Assembly (NCBI GenBank): GCA_964633595.1 | Contig: CAZWGV010000003.1 | Span: 1-60,718 of the forward strand | Direction: 5' to 3' | DNA length: 60,718 bases | Source: an uncultured Coriobacteriaceae bacterium | GTDB lineage: Bacteria > Actinomycetota > Coriobacteriia > Anaerosomatales > CAZWGV01 | Part shown: piece after piece, positions 1 through 10,123 of the stretch | Position numbering within the stretch: the stretch's first letter is position 1 | Layout of the letters: every line of letters starts with the position of its first letter | The notes under the pieces: generated by a model | Databases searched by the model: none | Told to the model about the DNA's origin: nothing | What the model saw: only the letters and a program-made list of their open reading frames with translations | Program-made: the position numbers and the translations under genes

Positions 1-188
1 CAGTGTCTGCTGACCGCAGCAGCCCAGAACATCAAGAAACTGGCGCTGGCGCTCACCTGAGAGGTGAAGGGCACCTCTGTGCCGGCTCGGGAGGGGTCCG
101 GCCGGAACGCACCGTACCCGAAGAACGATCTCGAACGCCACGAACCCCCGCCGACCCGGAGATCGACGGGGGTTTGTCAGCAACCTGA
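1..188 (+). mobile_element. 3' end of an IS1182/IS5-like insertion sequence: last 19 codons of a DDE transposase (stop at 58-60) plus the untranslated IS tail; cut by the window edge
   Basis: Frame-1 translation of 1-60 reads QCLLTAAAQNIKKLALALT*. This resembles the conserved C-terminal LL.AA.QN[IL]KKLA motif of IS1182/IS5-type DDE transposases. The right boundary is not determinable and is placed just before the pnp terminator hairpin. Confidence 0.45.
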
Positions 189-189
189 G

Positions 190-208
190 GCCCCCGGTTT
201 CCGGGGGC
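190..208 (-). terminator. GC-rich hairpin downstream of pnp, possibly a bidirectional terminator shared with the IS transposase
   Basis: GCCCCCGG-TTT-CCGGGGGC is a perfect 8-bp stem lying 47 nt past the pnp stop. There is no clear U-tract on the minus strand and only TTCG on the plus strand. Confidence 0.45.
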
Positions 209-254
209 TTCGCATGAAAGCCTGCGCGTGAGCGCGAAGATCGCGGGACGCGCC

Positions 255-2444
255 CTAGTGCCTCCGCCTCGGCTTGCGGTCACGGTCGCGACCGCCGCCG
301 CCTCCGCCACCCAGGCGGTCGTGGCGCTCTCCGCCTCCGCCGCCTTCCCCGCCTTCACGCTTGGGGGCCTCGGGCTTGTCGATGCGGTCGAGCGAGACCT
401 TGCCGCGCTCGTCGATGTCGAGCACTACCACCTCTACCTCTTCGCCCACGTTGAGCACATCTTCCACCTTCTCCACGCGGCCCTGGGCCACGCGAGAGAT
501 ATGGAGCAGACCGTCCTTACCGGGCAGCAGCTCAATGAACGCGCCGAAAGCGGTGGTGGATACCACGCGGCCCTGGAAGCGCTCGCCGATCTCCGGCTCC
601 TTCACCAGCAGCCGGATGCGGTCGGCTGCCTCCTCGCCGCCCTGGTCGCGAGAGGCGATGTAGACGGTGCCGTCGTCGTTGACGTCGATGTCGGCGCCGG
701 TCTCTTCAACCAGTGCGCGGATGATCTTGCCACCCGGGCCGATGACGTCGCGGATCTTGTCCACCGGTATCTTCAAGGTGATGATACGCGGCGCGTACTC
801 GGAGAGCGTCTCTCTCGGCCCGCCGATGGCCTCGAGCATCTTGTCGAGGATGTGCATGCGCCCGACGCGCGCTTGCCGAAGTGCCCGCTCGAGGATCTCG
901 TGCGAGAGACCCTTGGCCTTGTTGTCCATCTGGAGCGCAGTGATGCCCTTCTCGGTCCCGGCGACCTTGAAGTCCATGTCGCCAAGGAAGTCCTCAAGGC
1001 CCTGGATGTCAGTGAGGATGGCTACTTCGTCGCCTTCCTTGATGAGGCCCATCGCCACGCCCGAGACGGGCGACTTCATGGGGACGCCGGCGTCCATGAG
1101 CGCAAGTGTGGAGCCGCATACCGAGCCCATCGATGACGACCCGTTCGACTCCAACACCTCGCTCACGATGCGCACCGTGTAGGGGAACTCCTCCTCTACC
1201 GGAATGACCGGCAGGAGCGCGCGCTCGGCCAGAGCGCCGTGCCCGATCTCGCGGCGCTTGGGACCTCGCATGAACCCGGTCTCGCCAGTGGAGAACGGCG
1301 GGAAGTTGTAGTGGTGGAGGTAGCGCTTGCCCTCGGCAACGTCGATGGTGTCGATGCGCTGCCACTCCGAGAGCATCCCCAGCGTCAGCACCGAGAGCAC
1401 CTGCGTCTGGCCGCGGGTGAACAGCCCCGAGCCGTGGGCGCGGGGCAGGTAGCTAACCTCGCAGGTGACCTCGCGGACATCCTCGGGCCTCCGGCCGTCG
1501 GCACGCTCGCCTTCCTCGATCACCATCGTGCGCATTGTCTTCTTCTCGAGCTCCTTCAGGAGCATCTTGATGTGCTTGCCGCTTGCGGCCATCTCTTCCT
1601 CGGTGAACGTTGCGAGCAGTTCGGCCTTCACCTCAGCCACCGCATCCATGCGCGCGTGCTTGTCGGGGTTGTGCAGCGCGTCGCGCATCTTAGCCTGACC
1701 GGCGCCAAAGATCCGGTCGCGGAGTTCGGCGGCCGGGACATCGAACTTAACCTCCATCGGCGTGACATCGAGGCGCGCCACGAGGCGCTCCTGGGCGTCG
1801 CAGAACTCGGTCACGGCATCCTGGGCGATGGCGAGCGCCTCCAGCATCTCGTCCTCGCTGACTTCCAGCGCGCCGGCCTCGACCATGTAGACCGCGTCAC
1901 GGCTTCCCGCCACAACGAGGTCGAGATCGGACCACTCGAGCTCCTCGAAGGTGGGGTTGATGATGAACTCACCCTCAACGCGCGCCACGCGCACGCCAGC
2001 GAGCGGACCTTCGAACGGGATGCCTGCCACCATCAGCGCCGCCGAGGCGCCCATGATGGCGATGACATCGGGCTGGTGCGTCTGATCGGCCGAGAGGACA
2101 GTCGCAATTACCTGCACGTCGTTGCGGAATCCCTCGGCGAACGCAGGCCGAATGGGCCGGTCAATCATCCGCGCGCTGAGTATCGCCTTCTCGCTCGGCC
2201 GGGACTCCCTCTTGATGAAGCCGCCGGGGAGCTTGCCCGCAGCGTACATGCGTTCCTCGAAGTCCACGGTGAGCGGGAAGAAGTCCAGGTCCTTGGCTTC
2301 TTTGGATGCAGTGGCGGTTACCAGCACCACGGTATCGCCCTGGCGCACCACGACGGCCCCGCCTGCCTGCTTGGCCAGCTCGCCGGTCTCTAGCCAGTAC
2401 TCCTTGCCGAACAGTTCGAAGGACTCGGTGATCTTGTCGTTCAT
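255..2444 (-). CDS. pnp: polyribonucleotide nucleotidyltransferase (PNPase)
   Basis: The 729-aa ORF has two RNase PH domains, then KH and S1 (GERFQGRVVSTTAFGAFIEL) and a Gly/Arg-rich tail. ATG start. It follows rpsO as in most bacteria. Confidence 0.97.
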   Translation of the reverse strand: MNDKITESFELFGKEYWLETGELAKQAGGAVVVRQGDTVVLVTATASKEAKDLDFFPLTVDFEERMYAAGKLPGGFIKRESRPSEKAILSARMIDRPIRPAFAEGFRNDVQVIATVLSADQTHQPDVIAIMGASAALMVAGIPFEGPLAGVRVARVEGEFIINPTFEELEWSDLDLVVAGSRDAVYMVEAGALEVSEDEMLEALAIAQDAVTEFCDAQERLVARLDVTPMEVKFDVPAAELRDRIFGAGQAKMRDALHNPDKHARMDAVAEVKAELLATFTEEEMAASGKHIKMLLKELEKKTMRTMVIEEGERADGRRPEDVREVTCEVSYLPRAHGSGLFTRGQTQVLSVLTLGMLSEWQRIDTIDVAEGKRYLHHYNFPPFSTGETGFMRGPKRREIGHGALAERALLPVIPVEEEFPYTVRIVSEVLESNGSSSMGSVCGSTLALMDAGVPMKSPVSGVAMGLIKEGDEVAILTDIQGLEDFLGDMDFKVAGTEKGITALQMDNKAKGLSHEILERALRQARVGRMHILDKMLEAIGGPRETLSEYAPRIITLKIPVDKIRDVIGPGGKIIRALVEETGADIDVNDDGTVYIASRDQGGEEAADRIRLLVKEPEIGERFQGRVVSTTAFGAFIELLPGKDGLLHISRVAQGRVEKVEDVLNVGEEVEVVVLDIDERGKVSLDRIDKPEAPKREGGEGGGGGERHDRLGGGGGGGRDRDRKPRRRH

Positions 2445-2526
2445 GATGTCTACTCGCCCTCTCCCTCCCCGCGCCCCAGTGCGCGAGGTCCTCGTGCGGC
2501 CGCCGTCGCGGCCGTCTCAATGTGCC

Positions 2527-2555
2527 GAAGGCGGGAGAGCGTCTCCCCCGCCTTC
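2527..2555 (-). promoter_or_regulatory. stem-loop in the rpsO-pnp intergenic region (rpsO terminator or pnp leader processing hairpin)
   Basis: On the minus strand, GAAGGCGGGGGAGA-CGC-UCUCCCGCCUUC forms about 12 bp with a 2-nt bulge. It sits between the rpsO stop (2570) and the pnp start (2444). No U-tract. Confidence 0.45.
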
Positions 2556-2569
2556 CCGGCGTTCGCGGT

Positions 2570-2839
2570 CTAGCCGCGGATACCAAGCTTAGCTATCAGC
2601 TCCCTGTAGCGCTCGACGTCGGTGCGCTTGAGGTAGTTGAGCAGTCGGCGGCGCTGGCCGACGAGCTTCAGGAGCCCGCGCCGGGTGTGATGGTCTTTGG
2701 TGTGGGTCTTGAGGTGAGCGGTGAGATCGTTGATGCGCCGAGAGAGCAGCGCAACCTGTACCTCGGGCGACCCGGTATCGGCGTCGCCGCGCTTGTGGTC
2801 CGCGATGATCTCGCTCTTGACGTCGCGTGGCAGAGGCAT
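2570..2839 (-). CDS. rpsO: 30S ribosomal protein S15
   Basis: An internal ATG of the 134-aa track ORF gives the 89-aa [44 protein letters not shown]..., a full-length S15. The upstream 45 codons are non-homologous. Confidence 0.95.
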   Translation of the reverse strand: MPLPRDVKSEIIADHKRGDADTGSPEVQVALLSRRINDLTAHLKTHTKDHHTRRGLLKLVGQRRRLLNYLKRTDVERYRELIAKLGIRG

Positions 2840-2983
2840 GCTGTTCCACCAGTCCTTCCCTTTGTCCGCCTCCGGCCGGGGCCGGCGTCGGTGGGATCGC
2901 CGGTCCAAGCTCGGGGTACTCGTAGCCGCCGAAGTATAGCACAGCGGGTGGTACAGCGTGCGCACAGCCGACACGCGCTAGCC

Positions 2984-3931
2984 TCAGCGACCTATCCCTG
3001 CGATCTTGTCGAGGTCAGCCTGGACAGCCTCGGTCAGTTCCTCGGGGGTGGCGTAGGCTCTCTGGTCGCGAAGGCGCTCGGCGAACTCCACGATGATCTC
3101 GGTGCCGACGAGGTCGCCCGCAAAGCCGAGCAGGTGCGACTCCACAAGATGGGTGGGGTCCTCCCCGGGGGGCACGGTGTCCGGGTACGTGGGCGGCGGG
3201 CCGACCGAGATCCCGGCAGGGTATTTCTGGGCTCCCTCGTGCACCGCACCTGCATAGACGCCAGCACTAGGTACCGCAGCGTACGTGGGCACGTGGATGT
3301 TGGCTGTAGGGATGCCCAGCTTCCCGCCCTCTCCCCTACCGGCAACCACCGTGCCACGCACGCGGTGCGGCCGTCCCAGGAGGCGTGCAGCAGCGGACAC
3401 CTCGCCGGAGGTGACGAGTCCGCGGATGCGGCTCGAGGTTACGGTGGCGCCTTCGGCCTCTACGAGTTCGTGCGCCAGGACGCCGAACCCGCTCTCGCGA
3501 CCATAGTGCGTGAGCGTGTCTACGTCGCCGGCGGCTGCCTTGCCGAAGCGGAAGTCGTAGCCCACAACCGCCTGCACCGGCTCCAGCGCGCAGCAGAACA
3601 CCGCGTCGAGGAAGTCGTGCGGCGACATCTCGGCTAGCTCGTGGTCGAAGCGAACGACGACGATCGCATCCGGGCCGAGCGAGCCAAGGAAGTCTAGCTT
3701 ATCGGGGAGCGCGAGCAGCTGTGGTGCGGCGCGCTCAGGACTCACGACGCGATCGGGGTCGCGGTCAAAGGTGAGCACCACAGCGAGGGCGTCGCGATCC
3801 CGGGCGAGAGCCACGGCGTCCCGCACCAGCGTCTGGTGACCAACATGGACGCCGTCGAAGACACCCAGTGCAGCGACCGCCCTGCCCAGTGGAGGGCACT
3901 TGGGCGACCAGTCGACCACCCTGGCGCCCAC
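2984..3931 (-). CDS. ribF: bifunctional riboflavin kinase / FMN adenylyltransferase
   Basis: 315 aa with ALGVFDGVHVGHQ (adenylyltransferase) and a C-terminal riboflavin kinase region (GIPTANI, HLLGF). GTG start 3 nt after the truB stop. Confidence 0.93.
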   Translation of the reverse strand: MGARVVDWSPKCPPLGRAVAALGVFDGVHVGHQTLVRDAVALARDRDALAVVLTFDRDPDRVVSPERAAPQLLALPDKLDFLGSLGPDAIVVVRFDHELAEMSPHDFLDAVFCCALEPVQAVVGYDFRFGKAAAGDVDTLTHYGRESGFGVLAHELVEAEGATVTSSRIRGLVTSGEVSAAARLLGRPHRVRGTVVAGRGEGGKLGIPTANIHVPTYAAVPSAGVYAGAVHEGAQKYPAGISVGPPPTYPDTVPPGEDPTHLVESHLLGFAGDLVGTEIIVEFAERLRDQRAYATPEELTEAVQADLDKIAGIGR

Positions 3932-3933
3932 GG

Positions 3934-4863
3934 TCAGGCTCCGGCGAGGACCACGTCGGGGACGAGGAGGGCACCTCGGCGAACGTAGACGGCCACGAGC
4001 CGCACGCCGTCCACGAGCGCCACCGGAGCCTCGTCAGCCGCCGTAGCCACATCGGGCACCCCATCGAGCGGGAGTGAGCGGCCCACCGCGACATGCTTGG
4101 CCTGCTCGCGGGTGAGGGAAGCAACAGGCAACCCCAGCGCAGCGACGGGATCACCGAAGAGCGCCTCCAGCGTATCGGCGCTGGCGGCGTCGCGGATGTC
4201 TTGCAGCGTGTGCGACTCGGCCATCGTGATGCTCCCGCTGGCGGTACGTGCGATCACGCCCACATGGGCGGCTGTTCCGAGCTTGCGGCCGAGGTCGCGA
4301 GCGAGCGAGCGCACATACGTCCCCTTCGACACCGTCACGTCCACAGTCCACGTCAGCGGCGGCCCGGCTTCCACCCCCAGCAGAGTCGCCGAGCGGACTT
4401 CTACCGTGCGCGGCGCGAGTTCGGGAGTAGCGCCTCCGCGCGCAACCTCGTAGGCCTTGCGGCCGTTGGTCTTCACGGCGGAGTAGTCGGGCGGCACCTG
4501 CTCGTGCACGCCCACCATCTCAGCGACCGCGCGCACAGCGGTGGCGGTCTCGGCCAGCTCGTCCGGCACCGGGTGTTCACGCGTGAGGGTACCCTCGGCG
4601 TCATCGGTGACGGTCTCGGCACCGAAGATGATCGTCGCGCGATACGACTTCTCGCTCTCGGAGAGGAATCGCGCCAGGCGCGTCATCGGGCCCAGCAGCA
4701 AGACGAGCACACCGGTGGCCGAGGGGTCCAGCGTGCCCGCGTGACCGATACGGCGCTCGCCGGTGGCCTTGCGAACCTCCTCCACCACGTCATGGCTGGT
4801 CATCCCTGCCGGCTTGTCGATCGACAGGATGCCGCAGAGGTCAGTGGCGCCGCGTGGCGTCAT
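3934..4863 (-). CDS. truB: tRNA pseudouridine(55) synthase
   Basis: 309 aa with GILSIDKPAGMTSHDVV and the catalytic HAGTLDP motif. ATGA overlap with the upstream gene. Confidence 0.95.
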   Translation of the reverse strand: MTPRGATDLCGILSIDKPAGMTSHDVVEEVRKATGERRIGHAGTLDPSATGVLVLLLGPMTRLARFLSESEKSYRATIIFGAETVTDDAEGTLTREHPVPDELAETATAVRAVAEMVGVHEQVPPDYSAVKTNGRKAYEVARGGATPELAPRTVEVRSATLLGVEAGPPLTWTVDVTVSKGTYVRSLARDLGRKLGTAAHVGVIARTASGSITMAESHTLQDIRDAASADTLEALFGDPVAALGLPVASLTREQAKHVAVGRSLPLDGVPDVATAADEAPVALVDGVRLVAVYVRRGALLVPDVVLAGA

Positions 4864-5825
4864 CGCGCAGCGCCTGGAAGCCTTGGCAGGAGCTCGGCGA
4901 GGAGTTGGTCCATCGTGCCGGAGTACGAGAACCCGGCGGCTGCGGCGTGCCCTCCTCCGCCGAACGTGCGGGCGACCGAACCCACATCGTAGCCGGTCTT
5001 CGATCGCAGGTTGACGCGCACCTCGGTGTCGCGGATACGCAGCAGTGCTGCCACGTCGATTCCGCCGAGCACGCGGATCTCATCGATGAGATGCTCGGTT
5101 TCGTCGGCCTGCGCCCCGGTTTCGGCGAAGTCCACCTCATCGATCCACGCGTAGGCGACGCGCCCGTCGTTGGCGAGCGTGAGCCGGGAGAGCGTGCGGG
5201 CATCGAGTGCCATCGCCGCGCTCGAGCGGTTCTCGTAGACGAGTCTCGCGGTGTCGGCAGGATCCGCCCCAGCCTCGATCATCTCGGCTGCGTCTCGAAG
5301 GGCGGCTGGCGTGGTGTTGTTGTACTGGAAGCGTCCTGTGTCTGTGAGGAGTCCTACGTACAGGCAGAGCGCGACCTCGGCGGTGGGCTCCACCTCCAGC
5401 CTGCGCAGGAGCCGCCAGATCATCTGGGCGCACGCGGAGGCGCCCGGATCGAGCAGATTCACTGAGCCGAAAGCGGAGTTGTCGGGGTGGTGGTCGATGA
5501 CGATGAGCCTGCGAGCGTCGCGCGCGAGGGGTGCAGCGGCGCCGAGCCGGTCGAGGTTGGGCGTGTCGATGGCCACGAAGACGTCGGGCACTGCGAGTTC
5601 CTCGGCCGAGGCGAGCAGCGCGAATCCCGGCAAGAATGAGTAAGTGGACGGCCCCGGCCCCTCATCGGCGAGCACCGGCAGCGCCGCGATGCCGGCGTCA
5701 TGCAGAGCGATCGTGAGGCCCAGCACCGATCCGACCGCGTCGCCGTCGGGATTCACGTGGGCACCTACGACCACCGACGCTGCCCTCCTGAGTTCGACGG
5801 CGACTTTGTGGTAGGGAGCGCTCAC
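4860..5825 (-). CDS. nrnA: DHH/DHHA1 phosphoesterase (NrnA-type oligoribonuclease / pAp phosphatase)
   Basis: 321 aa with the DGDAVGS, VIDHHPDN (DHH) and FGGGGHAAAAG (DHHA1) motifs. GTGA overlap with rbfA. It occupies the conserved rbfA-nrnA-truB position. Confidence 0.85.
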   Translation of the reverse strand: MSAPYHKVAVELRRAASVVVGAHVNPDGDAVGSVLGLTIALHDAGIAALPVLADEGPGPSTYSFLPGFALLASAEELAVPDVFVAIDTPNLDRLGAAAPLARDARRLIVIDHHPDNSAFGSVNLLDPGASACAQMIWRLLRRLEVEPTAEVALCLYVGLLTDTGRFQYNNTTPAALRDAAEMIEAGADPADTARLVYENRSSAAMALDARTLSRLTLANDGRVAYAWIDEVDFAETGAQADETEHLIDEIRVLGGIDVAALLRIRDTEVRVNLRSKTGYDVGSVARTFGGGGHAAAAGFSYSGTMDQLLAELLPRLPGAAR

Positions 5826-6262
5826 GGCAGCGTGTCCTCCTCGTCAGTGTCGTGCACGTAGCGGGCTGCGTCGCCATCCTCGAGCGCTTCGGTGGCCTCG
5901 TCGGAGGCGGCGTCGAGGGTAGGCGGGACGTTCTTCAGCGCTCTGGCGATACGCATACCCTCATCGACGGAGTCGTCCAACCGGAACCGCAGTTCAGGAG
6001 TGTACTTGATCCGCACTCGCTTACCGAGCGCGGCGCGGATCCTCCTGCTCGCCGAGGACAGGCCCTCGGCGGCGGCCTCATAGGACTCAGGGTCGTCGGG
6101 TGCGGTGAAGTAGACCGTGGCCTGTCTGAGGTCGGGACTCACGGTGACGGACGTGACAGTAACGAATCGGACCCTGGGATCCTCGATCTCATCGGAGAGG
6201 ATATCGGCGAGCGCGGCTCTGACCGACTCGCTCACCTTTCGGGTGCGCGGCGTGGATCTCAT
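5822..6262 (-). CDS. rbfA: ribosome-binding factor A
   Basis: RbfA-like RKVSESVRAALADILSDEIEDPRV...VTSVTVSPDLRQATVYF, with an acidic C-tail. The ATG at 6262 is preferred (GAGG 7 nt upstream) over the TTG at 6268. Confidence 0.9.
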   Translation of the reverse strand: MRSTPRTRKVSESVRAALADILSDEIEDPRVRFVTVTSVTVSPDLRQATVYFTAPDDPESYEAAAEGLSSASRRIRAALGKRVRIKYTPELRFRLDDSVDEGMRIARALKNVPPTLDAASDEATEALEDGDAARYVHDTDEEDTLP

Positions 6263-6289
6263 GACCAAACCTCGGTGGCGTGTGCTGGC

Positions 6290-8674
6290 TTAGACCTCGC
6301 GAGCTACCTGTATCGTGCGGAACGCCTCGATGATGTCGCCTTCCTTCACGTCCTGGAAGCCCTCGATGCCGATGCCGCACTCGTAGCCCGCCTTAACGGA
6401 CTTCACGTCATCCTTGAAGCGCCTCAGTGAGTGCAGGCGTCCTTCGTAGACGATCGTCCCGTCGCGAACGATCCGAACCTGGTCGTCGCGGGATATCTCG
6501 CCTTCCTGAACGAAGGAGCCGGCTATGACCCCAACCTTGGGCACCCTGAAGAGCTCCCGGACCTCTACCCTAGCGGTGTCGCGCTCCTCGATCGTGGGAG
6601 CGAGCATGCCCACGCGAGCGGCGTTTATGTCCTCGATAGCCTGGTAGATGACCCTGTAGAGCCTCACGTCCACGCTCTCGCGGTCAGCTATCGTCCTCGC
6701 CTTGGGCTCCGGGCGCACGTTGAAGCCGATAACGATGGCGTCCGATGCGTCCGCAAGCGTGACGTCGGTCTCGGTGATGGCGCCCACTCCGGAGTGCAGC
6801 ACCTTGATGCGCACCTCGGACTGATCCATCTTGTCCAGCGCGTCCTTGAGTGCCTCGATGGACCCCTGCACATCGGCCTTAACGACGAGGTTCAAGTCCT
6901 TGAGATCGCCTTCTTTGATGCGGGCGAAGAGGTCGTCCAGCGAGACATGCGTCTTCTGCTGCGCCAGCAGGCGCATCTTGAGAGCTCGCTCCTCGGCCAC
7001 CTGCCGAACAGCCCGCTCGTCGGCGAGGACGCGGAACTCGTCGCCGGCCTGGGGAACCGAGGCCAGTCCCAGCACCTCTACGGGATCGGCGGGACCAGCG
7101 GTCTCGACCGTGTGCCCACGCGGGTCGACGAGTGCGCGGACGCGCCCGTGAGAGACCCCCGCCACGAGAGAGTCGCCCACCGAGAGCGTCCCGCGCTGGA
7201 CGAGTACCGTGGCCACTGGGCCTCGGCCGCGGTCCAGCTTGGCCTCGATGATGACACCACTAGCTTGGGCGTCGGGGTTGGCCTTGAGCTCCTGCACGTC
7301 GGCGACGAGCAGGATCATCTCGAGCAGATCCTCGATGTGGAGCCTCTTCTTGGCCGAGACGTCAACGAAGACGTTGGTACCGCCCCACTCCTCGGGAACG
7401 ACCTCGTGATCGACCAGCTCCTGTCGAACGCGGTCGGGGTTGGCGCCGTCCTTGTCGATCTTGTTGACGGCAACGACGATCGGTACCCCGGCGGCCTTCG
7501 CATGGTCGATAGCCTCCACGGTCTGCGGCATCACCCCGTCGTCGGCGGCAACTACCAGGACCGCAACGTCGGTGACCTTGGCACCTCGGGCGCGCATTGC
7601 AGTGAACGCCTCGTGACCTGGCGTGTCGATGAACGTGATCTGGCGGCCGCCCTTATGCACCACAGAGGCACCGATGTGCTGCGTGATCCCGCCCGCCTCG
7701 GTCTCGGCCACGCCCGTCTCCCGGATGGCGTCCAGGAGCGACGTCTTGCCGTGGTCGACATGACCCATGACCGTGACAACCGGTGGCCTGGCACGGAGGT
7801 CTTCGGGGCGGTCGACTACCTGCGCCGCGCCCTCCTCCTCGGGTGACACGATGTTGACCGACACGTCGAGGTCCTCGGCGACTATCTCGATGATGTCGCG
7901 GTTCATGGCCTGGTTCACCGTCAGCGGCGTCCCCAGCATCATGAGTCGCTTGATGATCTCGTTCGCCGAAACCTCCAGAGCCACGGCGAAGTCACCGACC
8001 GTGAGACCCTCGGTCACAGTCGTGCCTTCGTGTGGCACGATCTCGGGCTTCTCGGGCGCCGCGGGCCGCTCCTCTTCCGTGGGCTTGCCGGTTGGCTTCT
8101 TGGCGCGCTTCTTCTCGGGCGGGGCGGCCTCGGCGGCGATGCGCTTCGCCTCTTCGAGCACCTCGGCGTGAGCGCGTTCGATAGCCTCGGCCTCACGGGC
8201 CATCTGGCGGTAGCGCTCTTCCTCTTCCTTCTCGAGGCGAGCGGTCTGCTCGGCTTCCTGGCGGATACGCTCCGCCTCGGCGGCCATGCGAGCCTCCTCC
8301 TCGGCGCGCCTCGCCGCCTCTTCTTCGACGCGCTTGCGCGCCTCGTCAGCCTCCTGCTTTGCGCGCTCGGCTTCGAGACGCTCCTCTTCTTCCTTGGCGG
8401 CGCGCTCGACCTCCTCCTCGGCTTGCCGGGCGGCCTCCTCCTCGGCGCGCTTCGCGGCTTCGTCCTCGGCCTTGCGAGCCTCCTCCTCGGCGAGCTGGGC
8501 CTGGCGCTCGGCTATCTCGGGGCCGAGCGACTTCCGGATCTTGTCGACGTACGCCTCCACGAGCGTGGACGCGTGGTTCTTGGCCGGTATCTTGAGCTCC
8601 TGGAGGCGGTCCAGCAGCTCCTTGGAGCTCATGCCGAACTCCTTGGCCAGTTCGTGGACTCTCATTGCTGGCAT
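6290..8674 (-). CDS. infB: translation initiation factor IF-2
   Basis: [22 protein letters not shown]-terminus, a long Glu/Ala/Arg/Lys-rich region, and a GTPase domain ([21 protein letters not shown]). The ATG lies 4 nt after the ylxR stop, so the track ORF start at 8755 is over-extended. Confidence 0.97.
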   Translation of the reverse strand: MPAMRVHELAKEFGMSSKELLDRLQELKIPAKNHASTLVEAYVDKIRKSLGPEIAERQAQLAEEEARKAEDEAAKRAEEEAARQAEEEVERAAKEEEERLEAERAKQEADEARKRVEEEAARRAEEEARMAAEAERIRQEAEQTARLEKEEEERYRQMAREAEAIERAHAEVLEEAKRIAAEAAPPEKKRAKKPTGKPTEEERPAAPEKPEIVPHEGTTVTEGLTVGDFAVALEVSANEIIKRLMMLGTPLTVNQAMNRDIIEIVAEDLDVSVNIVSPEEEGAAQVVDRPEDLRARPPVVTVMGHVDHGKTSLLDAIRETGVAETEAGGITQHIGASVVHKGGRQITFIDTPGHEAFTAMRARGAKVTDVAVLVVAADDGVMPQTVEAIDHAKAAGVPIVVAVNKIDKDGANPDRVRQELVDHEVVPEEWGGTNVFVDVSAKKRLHIEDLLEMILLVADVQELKANPDAQASGVIIEAKLDRGRGPVATVLVQRGTLSVGDSLVAGVSHGRVRALVDPRGHTVETAGPADPVEVLGLASVPQAGDEFRVLADERAVRQVAEERALKMRLLAQQKTHVSLDDLFARIKEGDLKDLNLVVKADVQGSIEALKDALDKMDQSEVRIKVLHSGVGAITETDVTLADASDAIVIGFNVRPEPKARTIADRESVDVRLYRVIYQAIEDINAARVGMLAPTIEERDTARVEVRELFRVPKVGVIAGSFVQEGEISRDDQVRIVRDGTIVYEGRLHSLRRFKDDVKSVKAGYECGIGIEGFQDVKEGDIIEAFRTIQVAREV

Positions 8675-8678
8675 GCGC

Positions 8679-8981
8679 TCACCGCCCCTGTCCTGCGGCG
8701 ACGCGCGATGCGAGCAGTTGCTCGAACTCGCGGCGGAGCCTGTCGATATCGTCATCCTTGAGCGCGACGCTCAAGGCTCGGGCAAGGCGTCCGCGCCGTA
8801 CAGCGTCGGCGAAGCACTCCTCGCTAGCGCAAACGTACGCCCCGCGGCCATTGAGCTTGCCCGAGGGATCCACATGGATGTGCGCCTCGGTGTCGCGGAC
8901 AACCCGCACCAGCTCACGTTTGTCGGTGCTGGTGCCGCAGCTGACGCACGTGCGGATCGATGGCTTGCGAACCCTCGTCAC
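8679..8981 (-). CDS. ylxR: YlxR/DUF448 family RNA-binding protein
   Basis: RTCVSCGTSTDKRELVRVV...GRGAYVC is the YlxR signature. The GTG start overlaps the nusA TGA (GTGA), with GAAGGAGG upstream. It sits between nusA and infB as usual. Confidence 0.85.
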   Translation of the reverse strand: MTRVRKPSIRTCVSCGTSTDKRELVRVVRDTEAHIHVDPSGKLNGRGAYVCASEECFADAVRRGRLARALSVALKDDDIDRLRREFEQLLASRVAAGQGR

Positions 8982-10117
8982 GAGGCGGCAGCCTCCTTCT
9001 CGTGTATCCCACAATAGACGCTTCCCGGCCTGGCCCTATTGCGACATCGAACGCCGGCGCTGGTTACAGCGACGCAACGCCCGTCGAACTCCTCAGGGGC
9101 CGTCTCACCCTCGCCAACAGGCACAGCCATACCGGCGCCCACTGCTTGGGTAGAACTCTTGATATCGATGCGCCACCCTGTGAGCTTGGCGGCCAGCCTG
9201 GCGTTCTGGCCCTCCTTGCCGATCGCAAGCGAAAGCTGGTCGTCGGGGACGATGACCGTGGCCGTGTTAGTCCCCGTGTCTATGCTCACCGAGGATACCT
9301 TCGCCGGTGATAGCGCGGACGCAACGAAGGTCTCAGGATGATCCGACCACGGAACCACGTCGATACGCTCGCCGCGCAGCTCGGACACCACCATTCGCAC
9401 GCGACTTCCCTTGGGGCCAACGCAAGCGCCCACCGGGTCGAGCCCCGACTCGCGCGATGCCACGGCGACCTTGCTGCGCAGTCCGGGTTCGCGAGCCACA
9501 GCCTTGATCTCGACGATGCCGTCGTAGATCTCGGGCACTTCCAGCTCAAAGAGCCGGCGCAAGAGGCCGGGGTGCGTGCGCGAGACGACGATGGAAGGCT
9601 CGCCGGTGCTCTTGCGCACCTCGATGATGTAGGCCTTCAGCCGCTGGTTGTGATCGTAGCGCTCGTTTGAGGGCTGCTCGGTGGGCGGCAAGAGGGCCTC
9701 CACGCCTTCGCGCAGCTTGATCAGCGTGTAGCGCGAGTCGGATTGCTGCACGGTGCCGGTGACGCTCTCCCCAACCCGGTCCGCGTACTCCTCGTAGATC
9801 TGCTCGCGCTCCGCCTCACGGATCGACTGCATGATCACCTGCTTGGCGGTTTGCGCTGCGATACGAGAAACATCGTCGGGAGTGATGTCCTTGTCCTCGA
9901 AGATGGGTTCTTCCTCGGTGCCGCCCACGGGGATGAGTTCGTAGACGTGAATGCGGCCCGACTCTCTGTCGATGGTGACCTTCGTGTCGTTCTCGAGATC
10001 GAAGATGCGCTTGTATGTGCCGGCGAGCGCCTGCTCCAGCTTGTAGAGCATCTCGTACTCATCGATGTTCTTTTCGCGTGAGAGCTGGCGCAATGCTTCC
10101 ATGAGATCGGATGTCAT
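8978..10117 (-). CDS. nusA: transcription termination/antitermination factor NusA, with an unusual Cys/His C-terminal tail
   Basis: 379 aa with an N-terminal RNAP-binding domain, S1 and two KH domains ([28 protein letters not shown]). Conserved rimP-nusA-ylxR-infB context. Confidence 0.96.
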   Translation of the reverse strand: MTSDLMEALRQLSREKNIDEYEMLYKLEQALAGTYKRIFDLENDTKVTIDRESGRIHVYELIPVGGTEEEPIFEDKDITPDDVSRIAAQTAKQVIMQSIREAEREQIYEEYADRVGESVTGTVQQSDSRYTLIKLREGVEALLPPTEQPSNERYDHNQRLKAYIIEVRKSTGEPSIVVSRTHPGLLRRLFELEVPEIYDGIVEIKAVAREPGLRSKVAVASRESGLDPVGACVGPKGSRVRMVVSELRGERIDVVPWSDHPETFVASALSPAKVSSVSIDTGTNTATVIVPDDQLSLAIGKEGQNARLAAKLTGWRIDIKSSTQAVGAGMAVPVGEGETAPEEFDGRCVAVTSAGVRCRNRARPGSVYCGIHEKEAAAS

Positions 10118-10123
10118 CGCGAG

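Noticed and set aside
6201-6208. GCCGATAT (minus strand) matching the sigma-28/WhiG -10 consensus. Another GCCGATAA occurs on the plus strand at 6725-6732.
   Set aside because: Both sit inside coding sequence (rbfA, infB). Neither has a TAAA -35 element at the required spacing of about 15 nt. These are isolated 8-mers of no significance.
8100-8560. Repetitive GCC/GAG/CTC-rich DNA that could be mistaken for a tandem repeat or CRISPR-like array.
   Set aside because: It is the in-frame Glu/Ala/Arg/Lys-rich N-terminal region of IF-2 ([26 protein letters not shown]...). There are no regularly spaced identical repeats with unique spacers. No CRISPR array exists anywhere in the window.
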